61,196 nt of DNA from Simkaniaceae bacterium (GTDB lineage: Bacteria > Chlamydiota > Chlamydiia > Chlamydiales > Simkaniaceae), in assembly GCA_050248615.1 (NCBI GenBank), contig JBFWSA010000009.1:1-61196 (forward strand), written 5' to 3'. How positions within the stretch are numbered: position 1 is the stretch's first letter; every line of letters starts with the position of its first letter. Below are positions 10,062 through 20,217 of the stretch, in pieces. The notes beneath the pieces were generated by a model. The model made no database searches. It was not told where the DNA came from and saw nothing but the letters and a program-made list of their open reading frames with translations. The translations under genes and the position numbers were made by a program.

Positions 10062-11294
10062 ATGAAGATATTTAACATTTTCCTCTTATTCTTTTCAGCT
10101 AAGATAGCTTTTGCAAGCCAAACGATTCTCTACGATCCCTATTTTTCCCCTTATGCGGGTTCTGCTGATTTACTGTTTGCTGAAGAGCTCTTAATCTGGG
10201 GGGAAGATGCTATTTTTAAAAGCTCAGGAAGGGACTCCACCTCGAAAGTATGGGGACGCACCCTTGAGCAATTCCTCTTTTGGTATAATGTCAACATGAT
10301 GGCAGCTGTTACCCAACATGAGGTGTTTGGCCATGGGTATAGGCTAAGAGAGCTGGGCTATTCGCCCAATAAGTATACCGTTACTCCCTGGGGAGGTGCC
10401 ACCTATTTCGATGTCAGTGACTCTTTTCTCATGGGAGAGCTTCTAGCCGTTGATGTAGCTGGTCTTGAAGCAGAGGCGATTCTAGCAAGAGATCTTAAGA
10501 TGCAATGGATCCAGCGGGGAAATATCGATGGGCGTTTAAGTATGACTTATACGCAAGCAGAGCAGTCGCTGTTTTGGTATACCTTGATCACGCAACTAGG
10601 AAGACTCAAAAAAGAGGAAGCTTCAGAGGGGAATGATATTGAGTCATATATTACTCACAACAATGCATCCTACCTCGATGGCGAGCTAACGATTGGAAAG
10701 CTGACACGTTGGTCCCTTTTCAATTGGCTAGATCCCATGACTTTTTATGCCTACTATGCCTTCTTTTACTATATGGCAGAGGGGAAGTCTTGGACATTTC
10801 CTATGATTCCTTTTGGAGAAAAGATCCGTTATCTTCCGAATGTTCGGATAGGTTATGCCCCCTATAGCCCTGAGGCCTACGTGGAGAATTTTTTCTCTAT
10901 AAACGGAAACCCCCTCTACTTTTATTTTAAGGGGGGAAAGAGAAGTGTGGGAGGGGGGATCGCTTACAATCAGGTGTTTGCAGGAAAAAGGGGGACGATT
11001 GGATTCCGTTTGGATGGATGGAATCAAAGTAAGTTCCTATCTACAGCAACGGTTGGGGATTTTATTGAGGGAGAAAGTGTTTTCCGTCCTGTCTTAAACC
11101 AAAGAAGGTGGGGAGCTGCTTTTTCGATCTTATCTACTCTAAATCTTTTCTCTCAACTCGCCCTTTATACCGAGTTTGGGGGAAAAACTTCGGGATACCT
11201 TCCTGGCTATAGCTTGGATAAAGCTGTCACGATAAGAATTGGTCTTACCCTTGGAAAAAATGGGCTAAGTGAAAAATCAAACGAAAAATTATAA
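10062..11294 (+). CDS. Exported/outer-membrane hypothetical protein with HExxGH motif
   Basis: N-terminal signal peptide, QHEVFGHG motif, and a C-terminal half rich in aromatic residues and Gly with beta-strand character. Confidence 0.7.
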   Translation: MKIFNIFLLFFSAKIAFASQTILYDPYFSPYAGSADLLFAEELLIWGEDAIFKSSGRDSTSKVWGRTLEQFLFWYNVNMMAAVTQHEVFGHGYRLRELGYSPNKYTVTPWGGATYFDVSDSFLMGELLAVDVAGLEAEAILARDLKMQWIQRGNIDGRLSMTYTQAEQSLFWYTLITQLGRLKKEEASEGNDIESYITHNNASYLDGELTIGKLTRWSLFNWLDPMTFYAYYAFFYYMAEGKSWTFPMIPFGEKIRYLPNVRIGYAPYSPEAYVENFFSINGNPLYFYFKGGKRSVGGGIAYNQVFAGKRGTIGFRLDGWNQSKFLSTATVGDFIEGESVFRPVLNQRRWGAAFSILSTLNLFSQLALYTEFGGKTSGYLPGYSLDKAVTIRIGLTLGKNGLSEKSNEKL

Positions 11295-11306
11295 ATGGAG
11301 AACTGA

Positions 11307-11909
11307 ATGAAAAAAATTTGTTTATCTGCTTGTCTTGTGTCAGCAATTTTATTGACAGGGTGCGCTTCTTATCAAACCACATCCCTTTCTGCTCTCGATC
11401 CTGAATGCGTGAGAACCTATCCTCAAGCAGAAGGACTTTCTATTGGATGTAAAGCTTATTCTAGAGAAGATTGTTATCACTATCTTGATCGGGATGTTAT
11501 TGCTAAAGGGTATCAACCCATCCAACTCACCTTTCAAAATAGAACAGATAAGCACTATGTTTTTTCCGTAAAAAACTTAAGTATTCCTTGTATCAATCCT
11601 CAAGAAGTGGCGAAAACAGTGCACACTTCTACAGTGGGAAGAATTGTAGGATACAGTGTGGGAGGATTATTCCTTTGGCCTCTCTTTATTCCTGCTGTTG
11701 TTGATGGAATCAAGTCTTCTAATGCAAATACAGAGCTGGATAAAGACTTTGATAAAAAAGCGAAGGATAGTTTTATTGTGGCTCCAGGGGCATTTACAAA
11801 GACCTTGATCTTTGTTCCCAAGTCTCAATACCAACCCCTGTTTGATGTGACTCTTTTCGAAGAAGAGACAGGAGTTTATAAAACCGTATCAGTATCCGCT
11901 GCTCGTTAA
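11307..11909 (+). CDS. Putative lipoprotein
   Basis: Lipobox LLTGC after a hydrophobic stretch; GGAG RBS. Confidence 0.75.
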   Translation: MKKICLSACLVSAILLTGCASYQTTSLSALDPECVRTYPQAEGLSIGCKAYSREDCYHYLDRDVIAKGYQPIQLTFQNRTDKHYVFSVKNLSIPCINPQEVAKTVHTSTVGRIVGYSVGGLFLWPLFIPAVVDGIKSSNANTELDKDFDKKAKDSFIVAPGAFTKTLIFVPKSQYQPLFDVTLFEEETGVYKTVSVSAAR

Positions 11910-11914
11910 TTGCA

Positions 11915-11943
11915 TACCCCGAAATCTAAAGTACTTCGGGGTA
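11915..11943. terminator. Hairpin, probable terminator between convergent genes
   Basis: TACCCCGAA...TTCGGGGTA 9-bp stem just after the lipoprotein stop. Confidence 0.5.
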
Positions 11944-11953
11944 ATCTAACCTC

Positions 11954-12003
11954 TATAGCTAAAGTTGTTTAAAATTGGGATGATTTAGACAACTTTAGCT
12001 ATA
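11954..12003. repeat. Collapsed derivative of palindromic family D (50 bp)
   Basis: TATAGCTAAAGTTGTTTAAA...TTTAGACAACTTTAGCTATA inverted repeat; shares TATAGCTA ends and TTTAAAATTGGGATGATTTA with 47299-47468. Confidence 0.7.
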
Positions 12004-13318
12004 AAGCTATTCCCTTTGCCGCGCTATTGTTAAATGCTAGAAGAATCGCTTGGATTTGAGCTTTCTTTATGAGCATTTCATGGTTTAGGTCTTGTCCTAT
12101 AGTTGAAGCGTGTTCATAACAACTCTTCGCTTCATGAGGCTGGTTAAGAAGCTCATAAATTCTCCCGAGTCGACAACAGGCCTCGCCCATAGCAAGCCGA
12201 TCATTCAACCTAAAGGCTGCCTCAAAATACATCTGGTAGGACTCCAAAGCTTCCCTATGATGGAGGAGATCTTGGTAAATGTCACCTAGGGCACGGCAAA
12301 CGCTTTTTACCATTTCTTCATCTCTAGCTTGCAATGCATACTCAAAACATGTTTTGTAGCTTTTTAGGGCTTCTGGATAATCTTCCATAGAGTCATAGAG
12401 ACTCCCCAGAGTAAAATGGACTTCTAGCAAAATCTCTTGATCTTCTTCCTTATCTGCGATTTCTAAAATGCTTAGGAAATGGTTCCGAACCTCTTGGTAA
12501 TCCTCAAGGGATTTGGAAACATTACCGATACAATAATGGGCTATTTTTTGTGCTTTTTGGTCACCCAGTTGTTTTGCGATCCTTAATTGCTCTTGATAGA
12601 ATGCAAGTGAGGAGTCTAAATCCTCCTTGAGGAGATACACATTCCCAATATTGTAGTAAATGCCTCCTTGAGCCTTTTCATCTTTCAAGACCTCTGCCTT
12701 TTCCAAGCATATAAAATACTGTTTCAGAGCGAGATCGTATTCTTTTTGAGATACGTAAATATTTCCGATTGCACAATGGGCCTTTGCTTGGCTCTCAACA
12801 TCCCCTAGTTGCTCCGCTTTTTTTATTGACAGATTGTAGTGTCTTAGAGCGTTACTGTCATCCTTAAGAGATAGGAAACATTTTCCGATTTGATAATGGA
12901 TCGTGATAAGGGTTCTGATGTCGCCTTGCTGTGTTGCCAGTTCTAAATCGCTTAGGCAGCGTTCCAGGTCAATTGGGGAATTATCAGGGGTATAGCCAGA
13001 GACTTGTCTCGAGTATTTTTCTTGAATTTGAGAGTATTCTTCATAGGAAGCCATCCGCAGATTTTTTCCTTCTTTGACTAAGTAGGGGGTTTCTGAGACT
13101 CTTTGTGCGAAGGTTTCAAGGTCCCCTAGATAAGTGCGCTCCTTTTCCTGACATTCTTGTAAAATGGCTTGTTTTGCCTTTTCTATTTTTTCAGACGTTG
13201 GATCCTTTAGATGGTATAATCTTATCTTTTGCTTGGTTTCTGTCTGAGCTCTGAACGGTAATTTTTCAAAACCATTCGTTGTTAAAATATGGGTGTTATA
13301 GATTGCAGCTATTGCCAT
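11999..13318 (-). CDS. Tetratricopeptide repeat protein
   Basis: About 7 TPR-like ~40-aa repeats (e.g. AHCAIGNIY, IYYNIGNVY, AHYCIGNV, ACCRLGRIY); GAGGAGG RBS. Confidence 0.88.
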   Translation of the reverse strand: MAIAAIYNTHILTTNGFEKLPFRAQTETKQKIRLYHLKDPTSEKIEKAKQAILQECQEKERTYLGDLETFAQRVSETPYLVKEGKNLRMASYEEYSQIQEKYSRQVSGYTPDNSPIDLERCLSDLELATQQGDIRTLITIHYQIGKCFLSLKDDSNALRHYNLSIKKAEQLGDVESQAKAHCAIGNIYVSQKEYDLALKQYFICLEKAEVLKDEKAQGGIYYNIGNVYLLKEDLDSSLAFYQEQLRIAKQLGDQKAQKIAHYCIGNVSKSLEDYQEVRNHFLSILEIADKEEDQEILLEVHFTLGSLYDSMEDYPEALKSYKTCFEYALQARDEEMVKSVCRALGDIYQDLLHHREALESYQMYFEAAFRLNDRLAMGEACCRLGRIYELLNQPHEAKSCYEHASTIGQDLNHEMLIKKAQIQAILLAFNNSAAKGIAL

Positions 13319-13398
13319 GGTTCCCTCCTCTAAGCAATGTTTATGAAAAGATTATGGAATAAATCTTGAAATTTTGGTAAGGATTTTTTTAGAAAAAG

Positions 13399-13431
13399 AT
13401 ACTCAAACAACTTTTTAAGTTGTTTGAGTAT
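13399..13431. terminator. Hairpin downstream of pnp with family-A-like arms
   Basis: Perfect 14-bp stem ATACTCAAACAACT-TTTTA-AGTTGTTTGAGTAT, 17 nt after the pnp stop. Confidence 0.6.
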
Positions 13432-13448
13432 TGAGAAATGGTTCGGGA

Positions 13449-15563
13449 TTACTTTCCAGCCGAGGCTTTTTCTAAAAGGGCCTTATGGCTGAGACGGATT
13501 TTTCCATTTTTGTCTATTTCGAGGACTTTGACGTCGATCATATCTCCCTCTCTGTAGTGGTCGTAGATATTCTCGATCCGCTCGTGAGAAATCTCAGAAA
13601 TATGGCATAGACCTTGAACATTGAGGATCGCTACGAATAGCCCAAAATCCTTAATGGTGACGACTTTTCCTTTATAGGTTTTGCCAATTTCCACTTCAGC
13701 TGTTAGATCATGGATGATCTGACGGGCACGCTCCATCCCTTCTTTCGAAGTAGAGGCGATGCTAACATTGCCATCATCATCGATATTGATATCCACACCG
13801 GTTTCTTCAACAATGGCGCGGATTTGTTTTCCTCCAGGACCAATAACAGTTCCAATTTGGCTAGGCTTGATTTTGATGGTTTCAATGCGTGGTGCATAGA
13901 CAGACAGCTGCTCTTTAGACTTAGGACAAGCCTCAAGCATTTTGTTTAGGATATGAATCCTTCCTTGCTTGGCTTGAGCTAAAGCCACTTGCATGATTTG
14001 CTTGGTGATCCCTTCCACTTTGATATCGAGCTGAAAAGCTGTGATCCCTTGCGTATCTCCTGTAATTTTGAAGTCCATATCCCCAAGAGCATCTTCTACA
14101 CCCAGGATATCTGAAAGAATGGCGTAGTTTTTGTCTTCGAGGATAAGGCCCATGGCAATTCCTGCGATGGGGCGTTTAATGGGGACACCCGCTTCCATCA
14201 TGGAGAGGCAACCCCCACACACAGAGGCCATAGAGGAAGAACCATTGGACTCTGTAATGTTGGATTCTAAGCGTAGGGTATAAGGAAAGTCATCCTTAGA
14301 AGGAATAGCTGCGACTAATGCACGCTCAGCAAGTTTTCCATGGCCGATTTCGCGTCTTCCGGGAGGGCCCATTCTTCCTGCTTCTCCAACGCAGAAGGGA
14401 GGGAAAGTGTATTGTAAATAGAAGCGACGGATCCCATCGGTGTTTAGGTCTTCATAGCGCTGTCCCATGGTTTCACCGCCCAGTGTACACACCGCTATCG
14501 TTTGGGTTTCACCACGCGTAAATAGGGCGCTTCCATGGGTTCTGGGAAGAAGGCCCAAATCGATATAGATCGGGCGGACATCTTCCGTTCTTCTACCATC
14601 ACATCTTTTATTTTCTTTGAGAATCATTTGACGCATGTGGTGTGCTGTGGTTTTCTTGATGGCAGCTTCCACATCGTAAGGGGCATATAGGGGATTTTCT
14701 TCGGGAAGAAGTTTTTTATTCACCATGTCGTTGATGACGGCTAAAGCTTTTTCTCGCTCTTCTTTCTTAGTCATGCGGATGGCGCTTTGAAGAGGCTCTC
14801 TCATGAGAGCTTCTACTTCTTCCAAAAGGCCTTGAGGCATGAAGCGTAAGGATTCACGGTTTTTAGGTTTTCCTATCACTTGTTGCCAATCAGAAAGCTT
14901 TTGACAGATGATTTTAATGGCTTCATGACCTTCTTCAATGGCTTCCATGATTTGCTCTTCGGTTAAGAAGTCGCAGTAACCTTCAATCATTAAGATGGCA
15001 TCTTCTGTTCCTGCTAGTACTAAGTCAAGAACAGAGCTTTCCATTTCTTCTAAAGTGGGGTTAATGATAAAGCGGTCTTCGACCATGCCTACGCGGACAG
15101 CACCGATAGGCTTAATGAAAGGAATATCTGAAAGAGTTAGGGCTGCAGATGCGGCACAAATCGCTAAAGGCTCTGTCTGATGGATTCCGTCGTAAGAGAA
15201 CACTGTTGTGATGACTTGAGTGTCCGTATAAAAGCCCTCTTCAAACATGGGGCGGATGGGACGATCGATAAGACGGCAAGTTAACACCTCTTTCTCGGTA
15301 GGTTTTCCTTCCCGCTTGATAAAGCCCCCTAGGGTTTTACCTGCAGAAGAGAACTTTTCTTGGTAATCCACCCTTAAAGGGAGAAAGTTAGCGTCTGGCA
15401 GCGGAGCTCCCATACAAGCGGTAGAAAGGAGCATCGTATCTCCTGAGCGCACCATAACAGCAGCATTGGCTTGGCGGGCAATCTTTCCGGTCTCAAAAGT
15501 GATACTTCGCCCTCCGATCGAGATCGTGATAGAATGCGCTTCGAGTTGAGATTTTTGTTCCAT
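13449..15563 (-). CDS. pnp: Polyribonucleotide nucleotidyltransferase
   Basis: RLIDRPIRP, FTRGETQ, ESNGSSSMAS and DMDFK motifs; KH and S1 domains. Confidence 0.98.
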   Translation of the reverse strand: MEQKSQLEAHSITISIGGRSITFETGKIARQANAAVMVRSGDTMLLSTACMGAPLPDANFLPLRVDYQEKFSSAGKTLGGFIKREGKPTEKEVLTCRLIDRPIRPMFEEGFYTDTQVITTVFSYDGIHQTEPLAICAASAALTLSDIPFIKPIGAVRVGMVEDRFIINPTLEEMESSVLDLVLAGTEDAILMIEGYCDFLTEEQIMEAIEEGHEAIKIICQKLSDWQQVIGKPKNRESLRFMPQGLLEEVEALMREPLQSAIRMTKKEEREKALAVINDMVNKKLLPEENPLYAPYDVEAAIKKTTAHHMRQMILKENKRCDGRRTEDVRPIYIDLGLLPRTHGSALFTRGETQTIAVCTLGGETMGQRYEDLNTDGIRRFYLQYTFPPFCVGEAGRMGPPGRREIGHGKLAERALVAAIPSKDDFPYTLRLESNITESNGSSSMASVCGGCLSMMEAGVPIKRPIAGIAMGLILEDKNYAILSDILGVEDALGDMDFKITGDTQGITAFQLDIKVEGITKQIMQVALAQAKQGRIHILNKMLEACPKSKEQLSVYAPRIETIKIKPSQIGTVIGPGGKQIRAIVEETGVDINIDDDGNVSIASTSKEGMERARQIIHDLTAEVEIGKTYKGKVVTIKDFGLFVAILNVQGLCHISEISHERIENIYDHYREGDMIDVKVLEIDKNGKIRLSHKALLEKASAGK

Positions 15564-15616
15564 ATCTGTTTGAACTCCTAAATTTTTCGAATCAAATTGA
15601 ATTTTTATAAGGGCAA

Positions 15617-15645
15617 ATCTTAGCAGGATAAGCGAATAGTTGCAA
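15617..15645 (-). promoter_or_regulatory. Putative sigma66/70 promoter of pnp
   Basis: TTGCAA-17 nt-TAAGAT on the minus strand upstream of pnp. Confidence 0.5.
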
Positions 15646-15673
15646 GAAACGTTGACGAGTGTAAGGGGATTTT

Positions 15674-15703
15674 TTGAACGCTAGAGGTGTCTCTAGCGTT
15701 CAA
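15674..15703 (-). terminator. rpsO terminator-like hairpin
   Basis: TTGAACGCTAGAG-GTGT-CTCTAGCGTTCAA perfect 13-bp stem. Confidence 0.65.
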
Positions 15704-15711
15704 TAAAGATT

Positions 15712-15981
15712 TTACTTACGCAGGTTCAGGCGGGTAATCAAAGTCTGATACCGCTTAGTATCTGTTGAATTGAGATAATCCAATAGTTTGCGCCTTTGGC
15801 CAACGAGTTTGAGAAGAGCCAACCTAGAGGCGTGGTCCTTTGGGGCGAGCTTCAGATGATCTGTAAGCTCTGTAATTCTTTCAGTTAGGATGGCAATTTG
15901 AACATCAGCTGAACCCGTATCTTTCTCGTGTAGCTGAAACTTCTTAGTAATTTCTTCTTTAGTACCTTTATCTAAAGACAT
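15712..15981 (-). CDS. rpsO: 30S ribosomal protein S15
   Basis: [13 protein letters not shown] and [12 protein letters not shown] motifs. Confidence 0.98.
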   Translation of the reverse strand: MSLDKGTKEEITKKFQLHEKDTGSADVQIAILTERITELTDHLKLAPKDHASRLALLKLVGQRRKLLDYLNSTDTKRYQTLITRLNLRK

Positions 15982-16062
15982 TTATTTATACTCCTATAGA
16001 CATTTTAGAGTAGGAAGTTAGACATGAACTTTATAACCGCATCTTCTTGTCGGTTGCCCCCC

Positions 16063-16091
16063 ATTTTAACAGTCGGTGTTATATATTTCAA
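16063..16091 (-). promoter_or_regulatory. Putative sigma66/70 promoter of rpsO
   Basis: TTGAAA-17 nt-TAAAAT on the minus strand. Confidence 0.55.
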
Positions 16092-16155
16092 GCAACGTAG
16101 TATCAAGTAATCTTTTACCTTCTTTTTCAAAGCCCTAACGATTATCATTAATCTC

Positions 16156-16650
16156 ATGAATCAAAAAATTTTTTTACCCAGTGATTTCGAGTTTATGGCT
16201 GAGGCTCTTTTAGAGGCCCAAAAGGCTTTTAATCAGGGAGAGGTCCCCGTGGGGGCTGTTTTAGTCCTTAAAGGAGAGATTATTAGCCGCAATTTCAATC
16301 AAATGGAGAGGCTCAAGGACCCATCAGCGCATGCTGAGCTCCTGTGTATCCGAGAGGGAGCCCAGGTCATCGGGGACTGGCGCCTTTTGGAAACGACCTT
16401 ATATACGACGCTAGAACCCTGTTTAATGTGTGCGGGAGCCCTTCTCCTAGCTCGAGTCAAGCGGATCGTCTGGGGAGCTCCCGATCTCCGTCATGGGGCT
16501 CATGGAAGTTATCTAGATGTATTTGCTGTCAAACATCCAACCCATCAAGCCCACATTGAAGGGGGAGTGAGGGAAGAAGAGTCTAAAGCTCTAATGCAAG
16601 CATTTTTTAAAAGGAGAAGAGATGAAAAAGCCCTTGGAAGAACTATTTGA
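16156..16650 (+). CDS. tadA: tRNA-specific adenosine deaminase
   Basis: EVPVGAV, HAE and TLEPCLMC motifs. Confidence 0.93.
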   Translation: MNQKIFLPSDFEFMAEALLEAQKAFNQGEVPVGAVLVLKGEIISRNFNQMERLKDPSAHAELLCIREGAQVIGDWRLLETTLYTTLEPCLMCAGALLLARVKRIVWGAPDLRHGAHGSYLDVFAVKHPTHQAHIEGGVREEESKALMQAFFKRRRDEKALGRTI

Positions 16651-16849
16651 TGAACTCCTTGCATTGCAAGAAAAAAAACTTTTACATTTTGCGATTAAAA
16701 TCATCCCGAATATTACACCCGATGATATTTTGCAGCCTAATGATTATCCCGAGCTGGAAAACCATCCTTTTTTTCGCTATGAAGAGGGAGTTTTAAAAGG
16801 AATTCATGCTGCTAAGATGGCTGTTCTTGCTTGGAATCGTGAAAATTAA
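16622..16849 (+). CDS. Small conserved chlamydial hypothetical protein
   Basis: Overlaps the tadA end, AGGAG RBS, DILQPNDYPEL...FRYEEG; position fits the small gene following tadA in chlamydiae. Confidence 0.7.
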   Translation: MKKPLEELFDELLALQEKKLLHFAIKIIPNITPDDILQPNDYPELENHPFFRYEEGVLKGIHAAKMAVLAWNREN

Positions 16850-17757
16850 CCTTTTTTCTTGGAAATGCGCCACATCCGAAAGCGCTCTCGAATCGTGAGA
16901 GAATGTCTCCCTTTTTTAGAGATTTTATCAAGGCATGCATCCATAAACTCATCATCTTGAACAATCGCTTTGCCTGTCTTGAAATCATAAACCTTAGAGG
17001 GTTGGACTTCAATGTCCCCCAGCTGACGGAATTGATTGCTTAGGCGGCGCTTATAGTAAATGAGCTTTTTTTCTAGCGGATGTAATTGTCGAAAAGGACC
17101 TAACATCTCCCAGAGAAGTACAGAGTAAAAGTAGGCATAGATCATTGAGCTGGCAGTGACAAAAAAGTAGAAAAAGTTTCCATTAGAAAAATCAAGAAAA
17201 AGGTTGACTCCGATCAATCCGAAGACGAGCCACTTGGCGCGTAGAGGTAGAAGGAGGAATAGGGAGAGGTTTGCATCAGGGAAAAGAAAGACCCATCCAA
17301 TGAGGAGGATGTAAATGCAAGGGGTAGCCCCTGCAAGAGGAGCGGGGGATCCCAAGAGAAGCAAAGAGGCATACGCCATGACCCCTACGAAAAATCCTCC
17401 TCCAAAATAGAGGCCAAGGAAATGTTTTTTTCCCCGTGCTTGTACAATGGCTGAACCCATGGCCCATAGAAGGTAAAGATCAAAAAACACATGGAGAAGA
17501 AGGGATATCGAGATCCCTCCTGTGGTCACAGGCTGAATGAATAGATAAGAGATAAACTGCCAAAGGAAAAGTTTATGAATCCCCCAAGTCGTCAGGCTAA
17601 AGAGATATTGGGGGCTAGGAATCCCTAAGACTTGCAAAAATAGGGCGTTAGAAATGAGCGCAAGGAAGCTCACAACCAGTGTGGAAATAATGGTCCACTT
17701 GACAATCTTGGGTGTGGATATAGGGCCCAGACGGAAAGCTTGAGATTGATACATCAT
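16846..17757 (-). CDS. Rhomboid-like membrane protein, probably catalytically inactive
   Basis: WQFISYLF motif, 6-7 TM helices, C-terminal MDACLDKISKKG..SLT..ER tail; no GxS or His catalytic motifs. Confidence 0.7.
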   Translation of the reverse strand: MMYQSQAFRLGPISTPKIVKWTIISTLVVSFLALISNALFLQVLGIPSPQYLFSLTTWGIHKLFLWQFISYLFIQPVTTGGISISLLLHVFFDLYLLWAMGSAIVQARGKKHFLGLYFGGGFFVGVMAYASLLLLGSPAPLAGATPCIYILLIGWVFLFPDANLSLFLLLPLRAKWLVFGLIGVNLFLDFSNGNFFYFFVTASSMIYAYFYSVLLWEMLGPFRQLHPLEKKLIYYKRRLSNQFRQLGDIEVQPSKVYDFKTGKAIVQDDEFMDACLDKISKKGRHSLTIRERFRMWRISKKKG

Positions 17758-17954
17758 TTATCCTTCAGTGTAGGTTGCAGTATAACACATCGGGCATTTA
17801 ATTTTTTTTCTAAAATCCCGAAGAGCTTTTTTTTATGGAATCCTAAAGGGGAAATAGGGGGCCCTTCTGGGTAAAATCTGTTTGGAGTTGTTTTTTATCC
17901 TGAAAAACGGTTTAATATCTTCCTTAGAGATACTGAATATTTGAGGTTTATTCG

Positions 17955-18290
17955 ATGAAGAAAGAAGGACATCCTCCTTACCAAGACGTATTATTTGTGG
18001 ACACTGCAACGGGAACGAAATTTGTTTGTGGAAGTACACTACAACCTAAGGCTAAAGAGACGTTTGAAGGGAAAGAGTACCCCGTTTACCACGTACCAAT
18101 TTCCTCTGCTTCTCATCCTTTCTTTACAGGAAGTCAACAGTTTGTAGACTCAGAAGGGCGTGTAGATAAGTTCAAGAAACGCTATGCGAGAAAGGCTCCC
18201 ACTGAAAAGCCTCAAGAGAAAGAAGAAAAAAAATCTGCTCCTAAAAAAGTAGCCCCCAAAAAAGCCGCGCCTAAGAAGAAAGAAAAATAA
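17955..18290 (+). CDS. rpmE2: 50S ribosomal protein L31 type B with basic C-terminal tail
   Basis: [18 protein letters not shown] and [10 protein letters not shown] motifs. Confidence 0.95.
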   Translation: MKKEGHPPYQDVLFVDTATGTKFVCGSTLQPKAKETFEGKEYPVYHVPISSASHPFFTGSQQFVDSEGRVDKFKKRYARKAPTEKPQEKEEKKSAPKKVAPKKAAPKKKEK

Positions 18291-18292
18291 TC

Positions 18293-19357
18293 GTGGAACA
18301 AAAAATCCAGAAGCTTCTTCTCCGTTTCGAAGAGGTAGAAAAGGCTCTGGGTGATCCAGAGGCCCTCTCGGATAAAAAAAAATATAAAGAGCTTACCCGA
18401 GAGCACTCTTATTTGTCTGAACTCAAGGATGCTTATTTATCTCATAAAAAAGCCTTAGATGCGCTTCAAGATAATCGCAAACTATTAAAAGAAGAGAGTG
18501 ATCCTGAATTTACACAAGTGATTCAGGAAGACATTGCGAAGCTTGAGCTAGAAGTGGTGAACTTAAAAACCAAACTAGAATCCCTTCTTGTCCCTCCCGA
18601 TCCCAATGACCATGCCAATGTTATCGTAGAAGTACGTGCGGGGACAGGGGGAGATGAAGCAGCGATTTTTGTCGGGGATTGTGTCCGGATGTACCGCCTC
18701 TTTGCCGATAAAATGGGATGGAAGTATGAGACCCTTTCTTGTACCGATTCCGAAGCGGGTGGTTATAAAGAATATATCATTTCCCTCTCGGGGAAAAACG
18801 TGCACCGTTTGATGCAATATGAAGCAGGAACCCACCGGGTTCAACGCGTTCCCGTTACAGAAACCCAGGGGAGAGTCCATACCTCAGCCATTACTGTAGC
18901 AGTCCTCATGGAACCTGGAGAGGATGAAAAGATTGAGATCGATGAAAGCGATTTAAAAATCGATACCTACCGTTCTTCAGGGGCTGGAGGGCAACACGTC
19001 AATACTACAGACTCCGCGGTGCGCATCACTCACCTTCCAACGGGAGTGGTTGTCTATTGCCAGCAAGAACGCTCACAACATAAAAATAAAGATAAAGCGA
19101 TGCGTGTCCTTGTTGCGAAACTGGCAGAGGAAAGGGCGCGTAAAAAGCATGAAGAAAGAGCCTCATTGCGCTCGACTCAAGTGGGAAGTGGTGATCGTTC
19201 AGAACGCATCCGCACCTATAACTATTCCCAAAACCGCGTCACAGATCACCGTATCAATCTTACCTTATACAAACTCGATTACATTATGAATGGGGATCTA
19301 GAAGAAGTTTCTTTGGCTCTTGTCAGCCACTTCTATCAGGAAAAACTCCATGCATAA
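18293..19357 (+). CDS. prfA: Peptide chain release factor 1
   Basis: GGQ motif (GAGGQHVN), PVT anticodon loop, RIRTYN. Confidence 0.97.
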   Translation: MEQKIQKLLLRFEEVEKALGDPEALSDKKKYKELTREHSYLSELKDAYLSHKKALDALQDNRKLLKEESDPEFTQVIQEDIAKLELEVVNLKTKLESLLVPPDPNDHANVIVEVRAGTGGDEAAIFVGDCVRMYRLFADKMGWKYETLSCTDSEAGGYKEYIISLSGKNVHRLMQYEAGTHRVQRVPVTETQGRVHTSAITVAVLMEPGEDEKIEIDESDLKIDTYRSSGAGGQHVNTTDSAVRITHLPTGVVVYCQQERSQHKNKDKAMRVLVAKLAEERARKKHEERASLRSTQVGSGDRSERIRTYNYSQNRVTDHRINLTLYKLDYIMNGDLEEVSLALVSHFYQEKLHA

Positions 19358-20192
19358 CATCCGAGAATTGATCCACCTCTCTTCGGGTTATCTCAAAAAG
19401 AGAGGAGTGGTGAATGCCCGTCGCGAAGCAGAAGAGCTGCTGGCTGCTTTATTAAAAAAGAAGCGGATGGAACTTTACTTCGATTATGATGCTCCTCTAG
19501 AAGAAGGAGAGGTTGTCAAGTACCGTGACTGGATTAGGCGAAAAGGGGAAAAGGAACCTCTAGAGTATATCACGGGAGTTATAGAGTTTTTCGATTGCTA
19601 TTTATCTGTACACCCTGGGATTCTGATTCCCCGGCAAGAAACGGAGATTTTAGCAACACTGGCTCTAAAAGAAATTCCTCAAGAAGCAAAAACTCTTTGG
19701 GATCTCTGCACAGGGAGTGGATGTTTAGGGCTCAGTATGAAAAAGAAGCGTCCCGATTTAGAGGTTACTTTGAGTGATCTTTCGGAAACAGCACTCGTTT
19801 GTGCGCGAAAGAATGCGGAAAGGAATGGCTTAGAAGTCAGCGTTCTACAAGGGGATTTACTGAAGCCCTTTGCAGGGAAAAAGGCTGATGTGGTTTTTTG
19901 CAACCCCCCTTATGTTACAGAAGAAGAATATCAAGGGCTTGAAGACAGCGTCCGTCTCTATGAACCGAAAGAAGCCCTTGTGGGTGGGGTCTGTTTTTAT
20001 GAGCGTTTAGCACATGAGCTTCCCTCTTATTTAAACCCTCATGCAAAAGTTTTTTTGGAAATGGGAGCAACTCAAGGGGAAGCTTTAAAGGAGATCTTTG
20101 ATCAAAAGCATTGGAAACAAAAGCGATGCGAGAAAGATTGGGCGGGATATGATCGGTTCTTTTTCCTTGAATACCAAGAGAATTTTGAGTAA
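19350..20192 (+). CDS. prmC: Release factor glutamine methyltransferase
   Basis: [15 protein letters not shown] and NPPY motifs; follows prfA; ATG at 19350. Confidence 0.95.
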   Translation: MHNIRELIHLSSGYLKKRGVVNARREAEELLAALLKKKRMELYFDYDAPLEEGEVVKYRDWIRRKGEKEPLEYITGVIEFFDCYLSVHPGILIPRQETEILATLALKEIPQEAKTLWDLCTGSGCLGLSMKKKRPDLEVTLSDLSETALVCARKNAERNGLEVSVLQGDLLKPFAGKKADVVFCNPPYVTEEEYQGLEDSVRLYEPKEALVGGVCFYERLAHELPSYLNPHAKVFLEMGATQGEALKEIFDQKHWKQKRCEKDWAGYDRFFFLEYQENFE

Positions 20193-20217
20193 AATAGATT
20201 TCATTGCGAGGTAGATT

